Shown in pieces: positions 1 through 11,550 of a stretch of 64,000 nucleotides of DNA. Under the pieces are notes generated by a model, which saw nothing but the letters and a program-made list of their open reading frames with translations, was not told the origin of the DNA and did not search any database. The stretch is from Phaeosaccion multiseriatum. Its lineage: Eukaryota > Protista > Ochrophyta, other classes. The position numbers were made by a program, and so were the translations under genes. Position 1 is the first letter of the stretch, and every line of letters begins with the position of its first letter. The stretch is from positions 2,480,001-2,544,000 of the forward strand of contig OZ218963.1 of assembly GCA_965112735.1 (NCBI GenBank), given 5' to 3'.

Positions 1-729
1 GCCGGCCCCTGAAGGGAATAAGCGAGAAGCTGCGGTTGAATGGTGCAGCTATGAAAGGGATTGATGAGAATTTGCTTCTCCCAGCGGAGAAGGAAGAGAA
101 GCGAGAAAGAGGGCTGTGACTTGTCTTCGAGCGCAGACAGGGTAGATGGTGCAAGTGGTGACCACTTCGTAGGGTTTTCTTCGCCGCCCCTTGGTCGCAC
201 GTCTAAGCGGTACGTTCTCAATGATCTCCTCTTCCTTCTTGATGCCTGGCTGCTCTTGTCCACGCCCCCCGCCCACTCTGGGCCGCCCTTTCTGAACATA
301 CCTTAACACACTTATTACCCCTGTTGTTCTCGCCCCCTTTTTACATCTTTTTTTGTGCTAGCAGGGGTGAGAAAGACGAGGATGAGGACGAGGAGGATGG
401 AAATACGGGCGACAAGGGGGGGCGGTGGTGGTGGGGGAGGGTTTGGGAAGAATAGACCACCAGCGCAGACTGAGTTCACTCGAGGCGGCAAGGGATCCAA
501 AGGAAGGGTTGCCTACCTGGCAAACTCCCTACTACAGGGCCTCGACGCCAAGCCGCCAGTCTGAAGTGGGAGGGCATGCCCAACGTGACGTGTTTGTCTG
601 GCCCCCCCACCTCTTCCACAACCTTGGAGAGGACCACCAGCAGCCTCTTTGCGCATGGGATGTATCGTCAGAGTGTGTACAAGCTTATGGGTGGACGTCG
701 CCGCAGCGGGCTGTGTCTGTCACCAGCCT

Positions 730-1145
730 CGAGCAGGAGGAGGAGGAGGAGGAGGAGGAGGGGAGGGAGGGAAGAGGGGGAGGAGGAGGAGGAGGAGGAC
801 CATCATCATCAGCAGCAAGAGAATCACAAGGGGGAGGAGGGGGGGGGGGGGGAAGGAGGAGGAGAATCAGCTGTGGGAGGAGGAGGAGGAGGAGGAGGAG
901 GAGGAGGAGGAGGAGTAGGAGTAGGAGTAGCAGGTGGTGCTGGTGCTGGAGGAGACGGGGGGGGGGGGCGGGGGAGGAGGAGGAAGAGTTGCAGGTGCTG
1001 CTGAGGCTGGAGAAGGAGGGGGGGGAAGGAGGAGGACGAGGAGGGGGAGGAGCAGCAGCAGCAGCAGCCGCCACAGCACTGTGGCCGGCACGGAGGATCA
1101 GGGGCAGGAGCATCTGTAGCGCCTGCAGAGGCTGCTGCTGCAGAG
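730..1145. repeat. (GGA)n/(GCA)n/poly-G low-complexity tract in host-like DNA
   Basis: Direct runs of gga, gca and g; ORFs here are homopolymeric in all frames. Confidence 0.85.
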
Positions 1146-1609
1146 GGTGGTGTCGCTTTCGGGGGAGGTGAGAGTACCCACGAGAGGCAGCTATGGAAGA
1201 GGAGGGAGGCCGCGAAAAGGAGAAGAAGAGAGGCAGGCGAGGAGGGAAAGGAGAAGGCGAGGCTCCAGAAAAAGGCAGCGCGGGAAAGGGAAAGATTACA
1301 GCAGGATAAGGACCGGCCAGAGGGTGATTTACCCGTTTCCGTGTGCATAGTATTGTATATACAACACTTAGGTCTTCTACAGTTGCCTCTACTCTGGGGA
1401 GGAGAAGGAGAGAGAGGGGTGTCGCCGCAGGCGGGGAAAATTTCTAATTTCTTTTTTTTCTCCTTTTTTGGGCCGGCGGTCGACGGTATAAAAGTGCGCC
1501 ACTTTACGGTCGTGGGGAGGAAAAGCCATCTGGTGCCATTCTCCATTTTCTCTTCCCTCCCCCAAGTGCGGATTTTCGTGGTTCGCGGTGGCACGAGCAT
1601 GTCCTAAGC

Positions 1610-1703
1610 ACTTGATTAAAGTATACTTTTTTAAAACGTGAGTTAAAGGTCGATGTCCCAAAAAAGTGTAAGCGTTCGTATTAGTTCTATACTTTAATCA
1701 AGT
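1610..1703. repeat. 94-bp element with perfect 16-bp inverted ends
   Basis: acttgattaaagtata (1610-1625) and tatactttaatcaagt (1688-1703). Confidence 0.75.
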
Positions 1704-2088
1704 CAAACCGTCATCGTTCGTCAAAATTCGGTCTGAGACCCAAAGATGGCACCTCACAACCAAAGGGCCCCATCTGGTGTGAGAGAATAACACCCCTAAG
1801 TTTCCATCCCTACATAAGGGGTATTTTCAAGATGAGACTTTGACCCACGATAGACTCATTTCGTTACGTATTGGGCCACGTAACCATTACGTAAGGATGT
1901 TACGGTTACACTCTCTCATTTCTCTCTTGGTATATCCCCCTGCCTCTCACCCTTCTTACTTCTCACTTCCTTCTTGGCGAAGAGTGTAAGGTGCAGTTTC
2001 TTCTCAGCGGAAGGGACGACAGAGGTATCATTTCCCGTCTTCCACGTACTCGAGCCCACTTAGGGACTTCTGTGTTCGCGCATTTCTC

Positions 2089-3271
2089 ATGGGGCAGACA
2101 TTGGGCAAGAATCGAAACGTGGAGGAGACACGCTCGACTACTCCTTTCGAGAGAAGAGCAACTACATCAGAGATGGGTGAACTGGGCTCTAAATTATCTC
2201 ATCTCATACTAGAACCGGTGGAGAGGACATTTTCCCACATGGAGGACAACGCAAGACTTCTCATCGCATCAAGAGATCATCCATCTACCCCCTATTGCAT
2301 CAAGTTGAACGATGTTACCGTTATCGATTTGACACACAACCTTTTCATCGACCGCACCCTACGGGACTTGATGGAGCCTGTTCTCCGCCGAACCGACCCT
2401 CCCACCACTTATCCTAATGTCCAGAGGATCGACCTTGGCTGGAACCGCTTACGCCCGGATGCCCTGGAGACGGTTTTTCGGATGCATGAGGTGTTCAACA
2501 AGGCCATCATTGATGTACGACACAATTATATAGCACCACATGAAGTTGTGGCTAGACTCAAAGATAAAGAGGAGCAGCCCCTGGCAGAATGGATCAGATA
2601 CGATGATGAGATTTACAGTCTTGTGTGGGAGGGCAAGAGCATTGTGGAAAATATCAAAGGGAGGGTGCAGACTTTGGAAGGAACGTCAAAAAAACAAGCA
2701 AAAAGACCTCGAGATGCAAATGAGAAGAGACCTCGTCACACGCCTCAGGAGAGAAGGATTTCTCAACGTGGCTGAAGTCAACCTTCCGAAGAAGAGGAGC
2801 GACGAGGATGGAACGATTTATCTGTCGGACGATGATAAAATGCAATGGGATGGCGTCATACACGCACAAAAGGGAGGAAACTGGACCATCTTCTTCATGG
2901 AGTGCAAGAGTCATGTTGAATGGTATCACATCGACCCTACACGGAGGACATACAAGAAGGAAAAAGAGGTTGAAGTTTCCGTGGAACGAAAGGCGAGGGT
3001 GATGAGATGGATTAGTTCACTGCAGAGGGGTGGACATCTGCAAGGTACGGATCCCTCCAGTTGTGTTCGGCAACAGGGACGTGTAATCTGTGATCTCCTT
3101 CAGGCGTCTCAAGACAAGACCGACATTAACTTTGTGTTTGGAGGTAGCGTACTACTAGAAGAACAAACGGCCATGCTCAAAACCCAAGCCATAGTTCCCG
3201 CCACCATTGCCAATGGAGCGTTGCAACTCGATCTTTCATCAGTCTTGCTCGGGACGGGCGCACAATCGTAA
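2089..3271 (+). pseudogene. Frameshifted LRR-like + PD-(D/E)XK nuclease-like protein (Crinkler/CR-toxin-like architecture)
   Basis: ORF 2089-2775 has LRR-like IDLTHN, IDLGWNRL, IDVRHNYI. Overlapping ORF 2540-3271 has QWDGVI...FFMECKS. The frames join near 2675-2695. Confidence 0.55.
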
Positions 3272-3546
3272 TGAGGCCGTAGCCGAGGAGTGAGAGCAAC
3301 GGTTGTGACTCGGAGGAGGCGGGCTGATCTGTAGTGGAGATACAGTACCAGCGGGGAGTGGTTGTGTTGGTGCAAGGCTCGGTGGGGGTGCTTGGGCGAC
3401 GCAGTCTTCGCCTTGTCTGGTGGTGCATGTGTAGCCTGATCGCTCTCTTGAGTTTGTCCCTCCCTATTGCGAATCGGCAGGACTCGCGCCACGTCTCTGA
3501 ACATGGGCACGGAGGGCTGGGGCCGGAGATGGGGACGAGGGCTCAT

Positions 3547-4062
3547 TTAAGTGAGCCAAAGCATTATGTTCGCCACCGAAATCCTTGCATGGTTTCTCTG
3601 ATAGCTAAGTATAGCATTCTTTAGGCTATAGTTCGTGATGAAGTCTTCGTCCGTCAAAACGTCACCGGTCACTGGATCCCGCCGTGGCGCCTCCATGGGC
3701 GCACTGTCCAACCACTCTCGCAGAGCCTCCCTCGAGTACGATATACCACCCCTTGTGACCACTGGATCTTCCATCCAATCAAGTGTGATTGGGCACGTGA
3801 AGTAGTCAGGTATCCACAGAACATCCGAACGTCCTCTCACATGATTCAAAACGTTTATACATCTCTTGAAAAGACCATTGGTATGCACCACGGAAAACCC
3901 CTTCTGTTCGGACACTTCTGTGCATGCAGTGCGCAACACTTCGTTCGACTCACATGAGCTTTGGAACCTATAGAGGTCCCCAACTGTTATATATCCCGCT
4001 TTCTCAAAAGTCGACGATGTTACTTCGCCAACACCCTTGAGATGTGTGATGGGGGTGTCCAT
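3547..4062 (-). CDS. Helix-hairpin-helix + U-box E3 ubiquitin ligase protein
   Basis: N-terminal LKGVGEVTSSTFEKAGYITVGDL (HhH); U-box IPDYFTCPITLDWMEDPVVTRGGISYSREALREWL...DPVTG. Confidence 0.85.
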   Translation of the reverse strand: MDTPITHLKGVGEVTSSTFEKAGYITVGDLYRFQSSCESNEVLRTACTEVSEQKGFSVVHTNGLFKRCINVLNHVRGRSDVLWIPDYFTCPITLDWMEDPVVTRGGISYSREALREWLDSAPMEAPRRDPVTGDVLTDEDFITNYSLKNAILSYQRNHARISVANIMLWLT

Positions 4063-4197
4063 TTGGTCTGTGTTCCTAGTAACACAAAGAAAAAGCGAGA
4101 AGGGAAACGAGAGTTGTGTATGCGAACATAACTAGTGCGCATCATTGCTCATCCTCGGCGACTTCCGATACAGGGGGTCACCAGTCAAGTACACACG

Positions 4198-4446
4198 TGT
4201 GCTAAGCTGAGATAGTAAAGACGTTAGGGGGGTTTGGACCAAGTATATGCTGCGCTTATGATGGGGCGTCAGTGTCCGTATTGATAATATATCTCTACTA
4301 CTCGCTGATGCAAAGCTTGTGTCCACAAAGAGGAGGGTGAAACGCCAGAGCCGTTGAGCCCCCTCGGGACATGCCTAGGAAACCGACATTCTTATTATAC
4401 CCCAGAATGTAGGATCGGAAACCCTCAGGCAGGACAATCTACCACA
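4198..4446 (-). repeat. LTR1 (3' LTR)
   Basis: tgtgctaagctgag...caatctaccaca; left flank CACG. Confidence 0.95.
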
Positions 4447-4560
4447 CTACCCCCAAGCGACAGTTCGAGTCGATGCGGAGGCAAAGGTGTCTAGCTAGGT
4501 TATGTCCTCTTGCGCGTGCGCGCGGATCGCGGCGGCTTGGCAGCCGACCGCGTCGTAGTC

Positions 4561-7500
4561 TTACGCAGATAGGCTCGGACTGCGCTGATGGAGACAGTTC
4601 TGAACGAGGCGTCGCACGTCCTTGTCTAGCGTATACCAGGTGAACTTCTCCTTAATAGCACTCAAGGTGTTTGTCTCTCCCTGATGGCCCATCATACCCT
4701 GATGGCCAGTCACACACAGTCTAAGGTGCATATCCTCCGCCTTGGCTCCCAACGAGGGAATCCAAATGCGGGTGCTGTCAGCGGGGTTGCTCGTCGGATG
4801 GCACGCTCGAATCAACCCGTCGTCGCCAACTGATGAGAGGAGCAGGCGGCGCCCATTCTCCCCCACCTCCTTGCTAGTCTGCTGGAGCTCCTGAAGAGCG
4901 TCTGCCTGCAGACTGGCAATCTCAGTCTTGGAGGGCCAAGTGAAGTCGTCACACATGGTGTCAAACACTTGCATAGGCCCAAACTTGCCCAAGGCGAGCA
5001 CACTAGGGGTGAGGCTCACCGGGTGCGTGTACCGCCTGCAAATGGGGTCGGCCCAATCATGGAGGTGGCCAGGGAAATGGACAATGACATAGTCAAAGCT
5101 CTGAAGGCGTACGGCCTGACGCTGCAGCCTGTCCCTCATAGGCTTAGTCATGCCGGGGTACTTGCTGTCGTTGCTCATCAGGAACGCCAAATTGCGATGG
5201 TCGCAAAAGATGTGCACTTTCTGTGCACCGACCAAGGCGTACTCGCTTTGGATCAAGCCTCGGAGTGTTGCGTCTCCCTCCTTGTCTATAGTGGCCCGAT
5301 TCAGCTCTGCGTCTTCGAAAGGGCCGGAGCCGAAAGCCACTGGGATGTGGTTCATCTTATGTACCGGAAGGCACAGCTCTTTGGGGTCAATGTACGTGAT
5401 CATACATCCCCAGTAGAGGTCGCTAGCGTCTGGGAATACCAGTGCCAGTTTGGTTGGGTCTGGGTGCGACAGCACCGTGTTCTGTGCAAGTACGCGCTTA
5501 ATCTTGAAGAAAGCGTCGTCGTGCTCTGTGTTCCACCCCACAGAAGCCAACGGAATCGTCTTGGCCATTGCCTTGGAGCGCTTGTGCTGATGAGGCTTAG
5601 CGTTAGCCTGCCCAAGGGCTTTGTTCAACAGCGCGTTCAAAGGACCCACTAGCTTAGCGAAGTCCTTGATGTATCGATGAACCCATTGCAGACTGCAGAG
5701 GAAAGTCATCAGATCTCCAGCCGTCTCTGGGGCCGCGAGACTGGTCAGGCCCTGCACTCTGGCGGGGTCATGTCGTGTGCCGCGTCGGTCGTGTACGCGG
5801 CCAAGGAACTTAAGCTCGCTACTGAAGCGGAACGAGCTCAACCCTATCTTGATGTTGGCGCTGTGGAGGCGCTCCATCGTCAATCGAGTGAGGCGCACCA
5901 TGTCCTCTCCCACCTTTGCCCAGTACGCTACGTTGTCGATGTAGACGGCGTGGGTCTTGCACAACTCTTTGCGAAAGAGGTGGGTCATCTGGCCTTGGAC
6001 GTAAGCGCCCGAGTTCTTAGCCCCCTGGGGCACTCGAGTTGGCGTCACCTTGCCATTTGGGAATATATAGGTGTGAGCAACTTGGCTCTGCTTGCCTAGT
6101 GGGAATTGCCAGTACATGTCAACCCCATGTATCTCGATGAACCATAGGCAACCCAACATGGAAGCCACAGCGTCATCAATGTTCATCATCCCAAAATCGA
6201 CCTTCTGTACCTTTTCATTGACTTCTCGAAAGTCGCAGACGATACGGTACTTGCCTGGCTTGCCGGGTTTGCCCACTGCAAACGCCGGGCTGCCATGAGC
6301 GCTCTGCGGGTTACTGTAATCCAGGCCTTTGCCTATCAACTTGTTACAAAAGTCGTTCACAAAAGCACCCTTTGCGCCTTGTTGCCTTATGGGGAGACGG
6401 GAGCTCGGTACCTTATTGGTAAACGTCACCTCCATTGGCTCTACGTTAGCGGGGCCATCGCTATAAAGCAACTCATCCCGCCACACGTCAAACTCTAAAA
6501 GAGCTTCCATCATCTGCTCTCTCAGCTCCGCAGGGAAATCATGATCAGTGATTGCATTGTCCACGATGGGACCTAGCACCTCTCTACGGCGTGCCTCAGA
6601 GGGAGGGACTCCCTCTGATGGCCCTTGAATAGTATCTGGTACACCTTCATACTCTTCACGGTCTTTATTGTTAAGCGGTTGGCCGCCTATGGCGCTAACC
6701 TCTGGTGCCTCTGCACTGGCGACAGGAGGGGGGCTCTCGGCCGCGACCTCCTGCGCTCCTACCCCCAATACTTTCACGGGGAAGTTGCTTGCCTCAAAAT
6801 CAGCATAGTCTTGGATGGCTTCAACGCCCATAGAACACACGCTCTTCTCAACACTCTGCTGCTTAGTCGGGGCAGCTCCTGTCGCAGGAGGAGCGTCGTC
6901 ACGCTCCCTCTGCAGGGCCTCATCCGACCGCTTGCTGTGCACTCTGTGCAACTGCTCAGTCAAAGACTCCAAGCCCAACGCCTTATGTAAAGGCCGACCC
7001 AGAATCAGTCTGCTGCCCAAGCTCTCAAGAACCAGTATGGATCTGAACTGCTTGTCCAACTGCGCTGTACTCACACTTCCGTGACTCAGCTCTATCTCGA
7101 GGTGACTGCCGCACAACACTTCGTTGGCAGTCACAGGTCCGGCAGCAGTGACGCACTCCGAAGGCTCACAGGCCTCTAGTACACCACCACTCTTGCTGAC
7201 CCATGTGCGCGCTAGGTCACCACCTATGACCGCACCCACATCGCATCCGCTGTCCAACAAGGCTTGCGCCGACATCCGCACCTCCGGAGTCGTGTCATTC
7301 ACGAGGACCACGCTCACGCGATCTCCCGTGAGGTCCGTGGCGACTGGCCCTGGCTCCGAAACACCTCCGGCAGCTGAAGAAGAAGAAACGGACGTCACCC
7401 CCGGCTTCTTCCCCTCAGCCTTCCTCTGCTCCCACGCCTTCTGCTTCTCTGCCTTGATGCGTTTCTTGTCGTCGGCAGTGGCTGTGGGACAGTCGTCAAT

Positions 7501-8460
7501 GCGATGCAGCTTGTCACAGGCCCAGCACTTCGGCGTACGGGCCTTCTTCAATGGGTTGCTGGCTGTCTCTTTGCCCGCTGCTGTCTCCTTCGAGGAGTCC
7601 TCTGCACCCGTACGCTTAAGCTGCTGCTCCTGCTGCCACTTGCGCTTGCCGCCTGCACCTTTGCCTTGCCCACCACCGCCTCCCCCGCTGCCTCCAGATG
7701 CTCCTTGGTCACCCTTGAGCCCGGGAAGGAAATGTTCGGCTCTGCCGCCGATACGCCGTGCTGCCGCTCTCATGGTGGCCCACTGGCTCAAGTTCTTGAC
7801 GAATTTCTCCATCCACTCCCCGTGATGCTCTCCCCAGTCCTTCTGTCCATCTTTGAAAGCGTCCACCAGCATCTTCTCCATGCAGGGGTCCCAATTCTTA
7901 ACGATGGTTAGCAAGCCCCGCTGCATGCCTCTGGCGGCGTGCTTTCCGTTCGGACCAAGGAAGTTCGCATCGCTGGGGTTCCAAACAAGATATTCTTTCC
8001 TCGCCGCCGACTCGTGAATCGCGCGAAGGTATTGCTGGCACATATATTGCAGATTGTGCTGGAATTGAAGAGGGTCCGGATCATACACGATTGTCGTCCT
8101 CCGGATAATCTCGTTAAGGGTGGCGTTCCCGTTGACGTCCTCCCTGCGATTCTTCTTCAGCCACCTCTCCAAGTAATCCCGTACCATCTTGGACGTGAGC
8201 TGAGCCTCCGTTACCTTTTCGGCAATGGCTATTGCAAAACGATGGACTGGGCTGATGAGCTGCACCATGCATGCTGGGGATATCAAAAGGCTTATCCTTA
8301 TCCCTGAGCGCGGACTGATCGAACTGCAGTATGAACTCGCTGACGAGTTCCGCGGATAGAGCCGTCCGTAGCTCCGGATAATGGGAAGGGTCCTTCGTGA
8401 GAATGTCTTGAACCGCCATGATGCCGCTCCTCCAATCGGTCTGAGAAAATCCTTCTCCAA
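4561..8460 (-). CDS. Gag-Pol polyprotein (Zn knuckle, protease, RT, RNase H, integrase Zn finger only)
   Basis: CWACDKLHRIDDC; ALLDSG; YRIVCDFR..N, PQGAKNS, YIDN; PDAS...DHRNL; GHQG...NCLH followed by a stop, with no integrase core. Domain order PR-RT-RH-IN is gypsy-type. Confidence 0.92.
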   Translation of the reverse strand: MEKDFLRPIGGAASWRFKTFSRRTLPIIRSYGRLYPRNSSASSYCSSISPRSGIRISLLISPACMVQLISPVHRFAIAIAEKVTEAQLTSKMVRDYLERWLKKNRREDVNGNATLNEIIRRTTIVYDPDPLQFQHNLQYMCQQYLRAIHESAARKEYLVWNPSDANFLGPNGKHAARGMQRGLLTIVKNWDPCMEKMLVDAFKDGQKDWGEHHGEWMEKFVKNLSQWATMRAAARRIGGRAEHFLPGLKGDQGASGGSGGGGGGQGKGAGGKRKWQQEQQLKRTGAEDSSKETAAGKETASNPLKKARTPKCWACDKLHRIDDCPTATADDKKRIKAEKQKAWEQRKAEGKKPGVTSVSSSSAAGGVSEPGPVATDLTGDRVSVVLVNDTTPEVRMSAQALLDSGCDVGAVIGGDLARTWVSKSGGVLEACEPSECVTAAGPVTANEVLCGSHLEIELSHGSVSTAQLDKQFRSILVLESLGSRLILGRPLHKALGLESLTEQLHRVHSKRSDEALQRERDDAPPATGAAPTKQQSVEKSVCSMGVEAIQDYADFEASNFPVKVLGVGAQEVAAESPPPVASAEAPEVSAIGGQPLNNKDREEYEGVPDTIQGPSEGVPPSEARRREVLGPIVDNAITDHDFPAELREQMMEALLEFDVWRDELLYSDGPANVEPMEVTFTNKVPSSRLPIRQQGAKGAFVNDFCNKLIGKGLDYSNPQSAHGSPAFAVGKPGKPGKYRIVCDFREVNEKVQKVDFGMMNIDDAVASMLGCLWFIEIHGVDMYWQFPLGKQSQVAHTYIFPNGKVTPTRVPQGAKNSGAYVQGQMTHLFRKELCKTHAVYIDNVAYWAKVGEDMVRLTRLTMERLHSANIKIGLSSFRFSSELKFLGRVHDRRGTRHDPARVQGLTSLAAPETAGDLMTFLCSLQWVHRYIKDFAKLVGPLNALLNKALGQANAKPHQHKRSKAMAKTIPLASVGWNTEHDDAFFKIKRVLAQNTVLSHPDPTKLALVFPDASDLYWGCMITYIDPKELCLPVHKMNHIPVAFGSGPFEDAELNRATIDKEGDATLRGLIQSEYALVGAQKVHIFCDHRNLAFLMSNDSKYPGMTKPMRDRLQRQAVRLQSFDYVIVHFPGHLHDWADPICRRYTHPVSLTPSVLALGKFGPMQVFDTMCDDFTWPSKTEIASLQADALQELQQTSKEVGENGRRLLLSSVGDDGLIRACHPTSNPADSTRIWIPSLGAKAEDMHLRLCVTGHQGMMGHQGETNTLSAIKEKFTWYTLDKDVRRLVQNCLHQRSPSLSA

Positions 8461-8486
8461 AGCTTTTATAAAGCGAGAACTAGTTC

Positions 8487-8735
8487 TGTGCTAAGCTGAG
8501 ATAGTAAAGACGTTAGGGGGGTTTGGACCAAGTATATGCTGCGCTTATGATGGGGCGTCAGTGTCCGTATTGATAATATATCTCTACTACTCGCTGATGC
8601 AAAGCTTGTGTCCACAAAGAGGAGGGTGAAACGCCAGAGCCGTTGAGCCCCCTCGGGACATGCCTAGGAAACCGACATTCTTATTATACCCCAGAATGTA
8701 GGATCGGAAACCCTCAGGCAGGACAATCTACCACA
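8487..8735 (-). repeat. LTR2 (5' LTR)
   Basis: Same 249 bp as LTR1 by eye; right flank TTTC. Confidence 0.95.
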
Positions 8736-8815
8736 TTTCATGTTTTCATTTTACGAAATTACAATATAACTAGCACTCAAGTCGAACGTTCGTAGAAAGA
8801 GTCTCCAGCACTACC

Positions 8816-11263
8816 TCAGACATCGATCGTGTACACTTTCTCTCTCGTAGAAAGAGTCTCGTCCAGCACTACATCAGAGCCTTGGGTGAGGACCACGGTG
8901 GTGCCAACGATGGCCGCCCGTTTGGCCTTGTTCTTGATGCGAATGCTGCTGACCTCCATGCTCGAGTCGAGCGTCACCGTCAGCGAGCCCCCCTTCCCGC
9001 GCACTGCGCAGAAGGTGGAGTCCATCTCATCGTCGCACTTGTCAGCGGTTCTCTCGGCAAACCTGTTGGGTGGCCTCTTGCTGCCCTCGATGGAGGTGGG
9101 AGTGATCTTGGCGCCGTCTGCGTCATACAAAGTCACCTCCGCCAGCATTAGCGACTTGTTACTCGGGGCTGTGATCACCAGCTGTACCACTGTGTTGCAC
9201 GGGAGAGGGTGTAAGCCAGGCAGGCAGAGGCACAAGGAGTGGAGGTCAAGCGGAGTTGATTGGTTGGTTGGTTAGATGGTGCCATGATAGAGCAACGAAT
9301 GGGGCCTGTTTCTCCTCATTGTGTACCTCCCCCTCCCAAGACACAATTCCTCTGAGGCCACCACTACCGCACACACGGACTGAGCTGAAACCTACGAAAT
9401 GAGACCACGTCTCCCCCCCTCCCCTCCCTTGTGTGCCCCCACTTTCGCGCAGTCTGCTCAACGAAAAAGCTTACCTTCTTTCTGAGCCCAGTCCTGAATA
9501 TCCCAGAATATCTCAGGCGTGATTAGTCCCGCAAAATTAAGGGTGGGGCTCCCGGAATTAATCACTCCGTAAATGTATCCCTCTCCATTGTAGACCGAGC
9601 TCCCGGACATTCCCCCAGCCACGTCGCATGTCTGAGTGACAATCGCCCTGTGCTCGGCGTCTTCCCCATACACGTAATTGGTCAGCACCTGGAAGTTGCA
9701 GGGCGCGGGGCCGGAGTTCCACATCTGACTGCCCCCGGCGATGTCACCAGGATCTGTGAGTGTGATTGACAGCACAGCAGAAAGAAGGAGAACGTGCAGC
9801 AGGGGGACGGGGGAGAGACAGGCAGTCATAAGAGGGGAAGCCGGCCGGGAGGGGGGGGGCAAGGAAAGCGGTACGCGGATTGCACAAACCAGCCAGCCAG
9901 CCAGTCAGTCAGCAACAACAAGGGCGTGGAGAGTGCATCAAAGCGAGCCAAGCGACACAATGCAACCCTTCCGGCCGCAGAGAAGGAGCACACGCTACTT
10001 ACAGCCAGTGTAGCCGAGGTCTGCAGGAAGATCGGAAGTAAAACTGGTGCCTCTCATGCCCAGGTAGCCCGTGACATCGCCGATGTTTGCCCCGTCGCCC
10101 GGGCGCTCCTTCATAACGATGACGGCAATGTCAATCGTCCAAAAAGGGATGCCATTTTCTTCCTCAGTAAAGCCCCACTCGGGCATGATTGTGACATAAT
10201 CAGCATCCCACCTGCCGTAGGGTTCCTCAAAGGTGGCGGTCTTCCCCGGAGCGAAGGTCCAATCCGAAAACAAGTCCCCGGTGTCTCTGTCCTGAATGCA
10301 GTGGGCGGCGGTCAGGACGGCGTACTTCGACATGATGGCCCCAGAACAGATAAAACCCCCAGCCACTCCTTCAAACCCCACTCTACCAATAGTCCTAAAC
10401 GGAAACTGATTAGAGTCTGTGATGCGGACGCGGGTGTCTGCGCCAATGATGCCCAAGTTGCGAGCCCCGCCCTCCTCCTCCTCCTGCTCTGCATCTCCAT
10501 CACGCATTCCCAGCGGCACGTCAGGATTGTAGGGTCGAACGGCCTGGACGGAAGGTCCCTGAGCCCGCTTGTCCGCTTGAGAGTCCTCCTCGAGTAGCAC
10601 ATACATGGACCCGTCAGGAGTTGCTCGGAGGGCGTGGATGCGAGGACCACTGGTGCCCTTGCCCTTGGCCTTGGTGCCGTTGCCCCCCTTATCGCTGAGA
10701 TCCACCTCCTCCAAACTTTCCTCAGCTGGTCGCGGGACACGCTTGGTCTTGCCGACGTAGCGGAACTTCTCCTTGGCGAAGCGGTTGACAACTCCCGCCT
10801 CGATCTCCTCGTCCGCATCCTCCACGAAGCTGTCGTCCTTGATGAGAGGGTGCTCACCGGGGCAGGCGCCATCCGTCACTTGCACGCCTTGCATGGTCGC
10901 AATGCACTCGTTCTCGTACGTGACTCCATCCGATCCGCACACGAGCCGCTTCTGCACGCGGCAGCCCACAGCGCCGCCTACTGCTGGCGGGGATGATGCC
11001 GATGTTGCACTCGTGCCGAGGAGGAGGAGCGCCAGGACAGGAAGCACTGATAGACCAACGCTCCGCTTGTTGTTTTTGTTGTTGTTGGTGGTGGTGGTCT
11101 TGCTGCTGCGCGTGCCCCCCACAAGGAGTGCTGCTGGGGAAGCATCGGTGCCGAGGCTGGCACCAGCAGTTGCAGAGAAGCGGCGGGCGGACAGGAGGCG
11201 AGGCATGATACCAATGATGTGCATCAACCTTGGAAGTGTTTGTAATGGGGATTCGTTGTGCAA
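8816..11263 (-). CDS. Three-exon host-type secreted trypsin-like (V8-type) serine protease with Kazal domain and C-terminal beta-sandwich (discoidin-like) domain; exons ~11263-10003, 9753-9475, 9189-8816; start codon uncertain
   Basis: Kazal VCGSDGVTYENEC; catalytic triad LTAAHC / DIAV / GGMSGS. Introns GTAAGT...CAG (10002-9754) and GTAAGC...CAG (9474-9190) join in frame, giving GYPGD and KEVVQ. Confidence 0.88.
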
Positions 11264-11266
11264 TCA

Positions 11267-11550
11267 GAGCCGTGCCAAAGAAAACATTGTGAGAGGCAGA
11301 GCCGTGCCAAAGAAAACATTGTGAGAGGCAGAGCCGTGCCAAAGAAAACACTACTAGATCGAAGGTCACGCTAAGTTTGCTTTCTGCCGGGGTAGCGTGT
11401 GCCGTGCCAAAGAAAACACTAGATCACGCTGCAGCAGAAGTACCTACGGTACCATCGAAGGTCACGCTAAGTTTGCTTTCTGCCGGGGTAGCGTGTGCCG
11501 TGCCAAAGAAAACACTAGATCACGCTGCAGCAGAAGTACCTACGGTACCG
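11267..11550. repeat. Nested tandem repeats (32-bp x ~2.7, then 96-bp x 2) sharing gccgtgccaaagaaaacac/t
   Basis: Directly visible repeats. Confidence 0.85.

Larger units (their letters stand above)
4198..8735 (-). mobile_element. Ty3/gypsy LTR retrotransposon, defective
   Basis: Two 249-bp TGT...ACA LTRs flanking gag-pol; purine-rich PPT (GGGGGTAG on the minus strand) adjoining the 3' LTR. Confidence 0.95.

Noticed and set aside
425-1600. Long ORFs in several frames
   Set aside because: Explained by trinucleotide low complexity; host exons may exist but cannot be delimited
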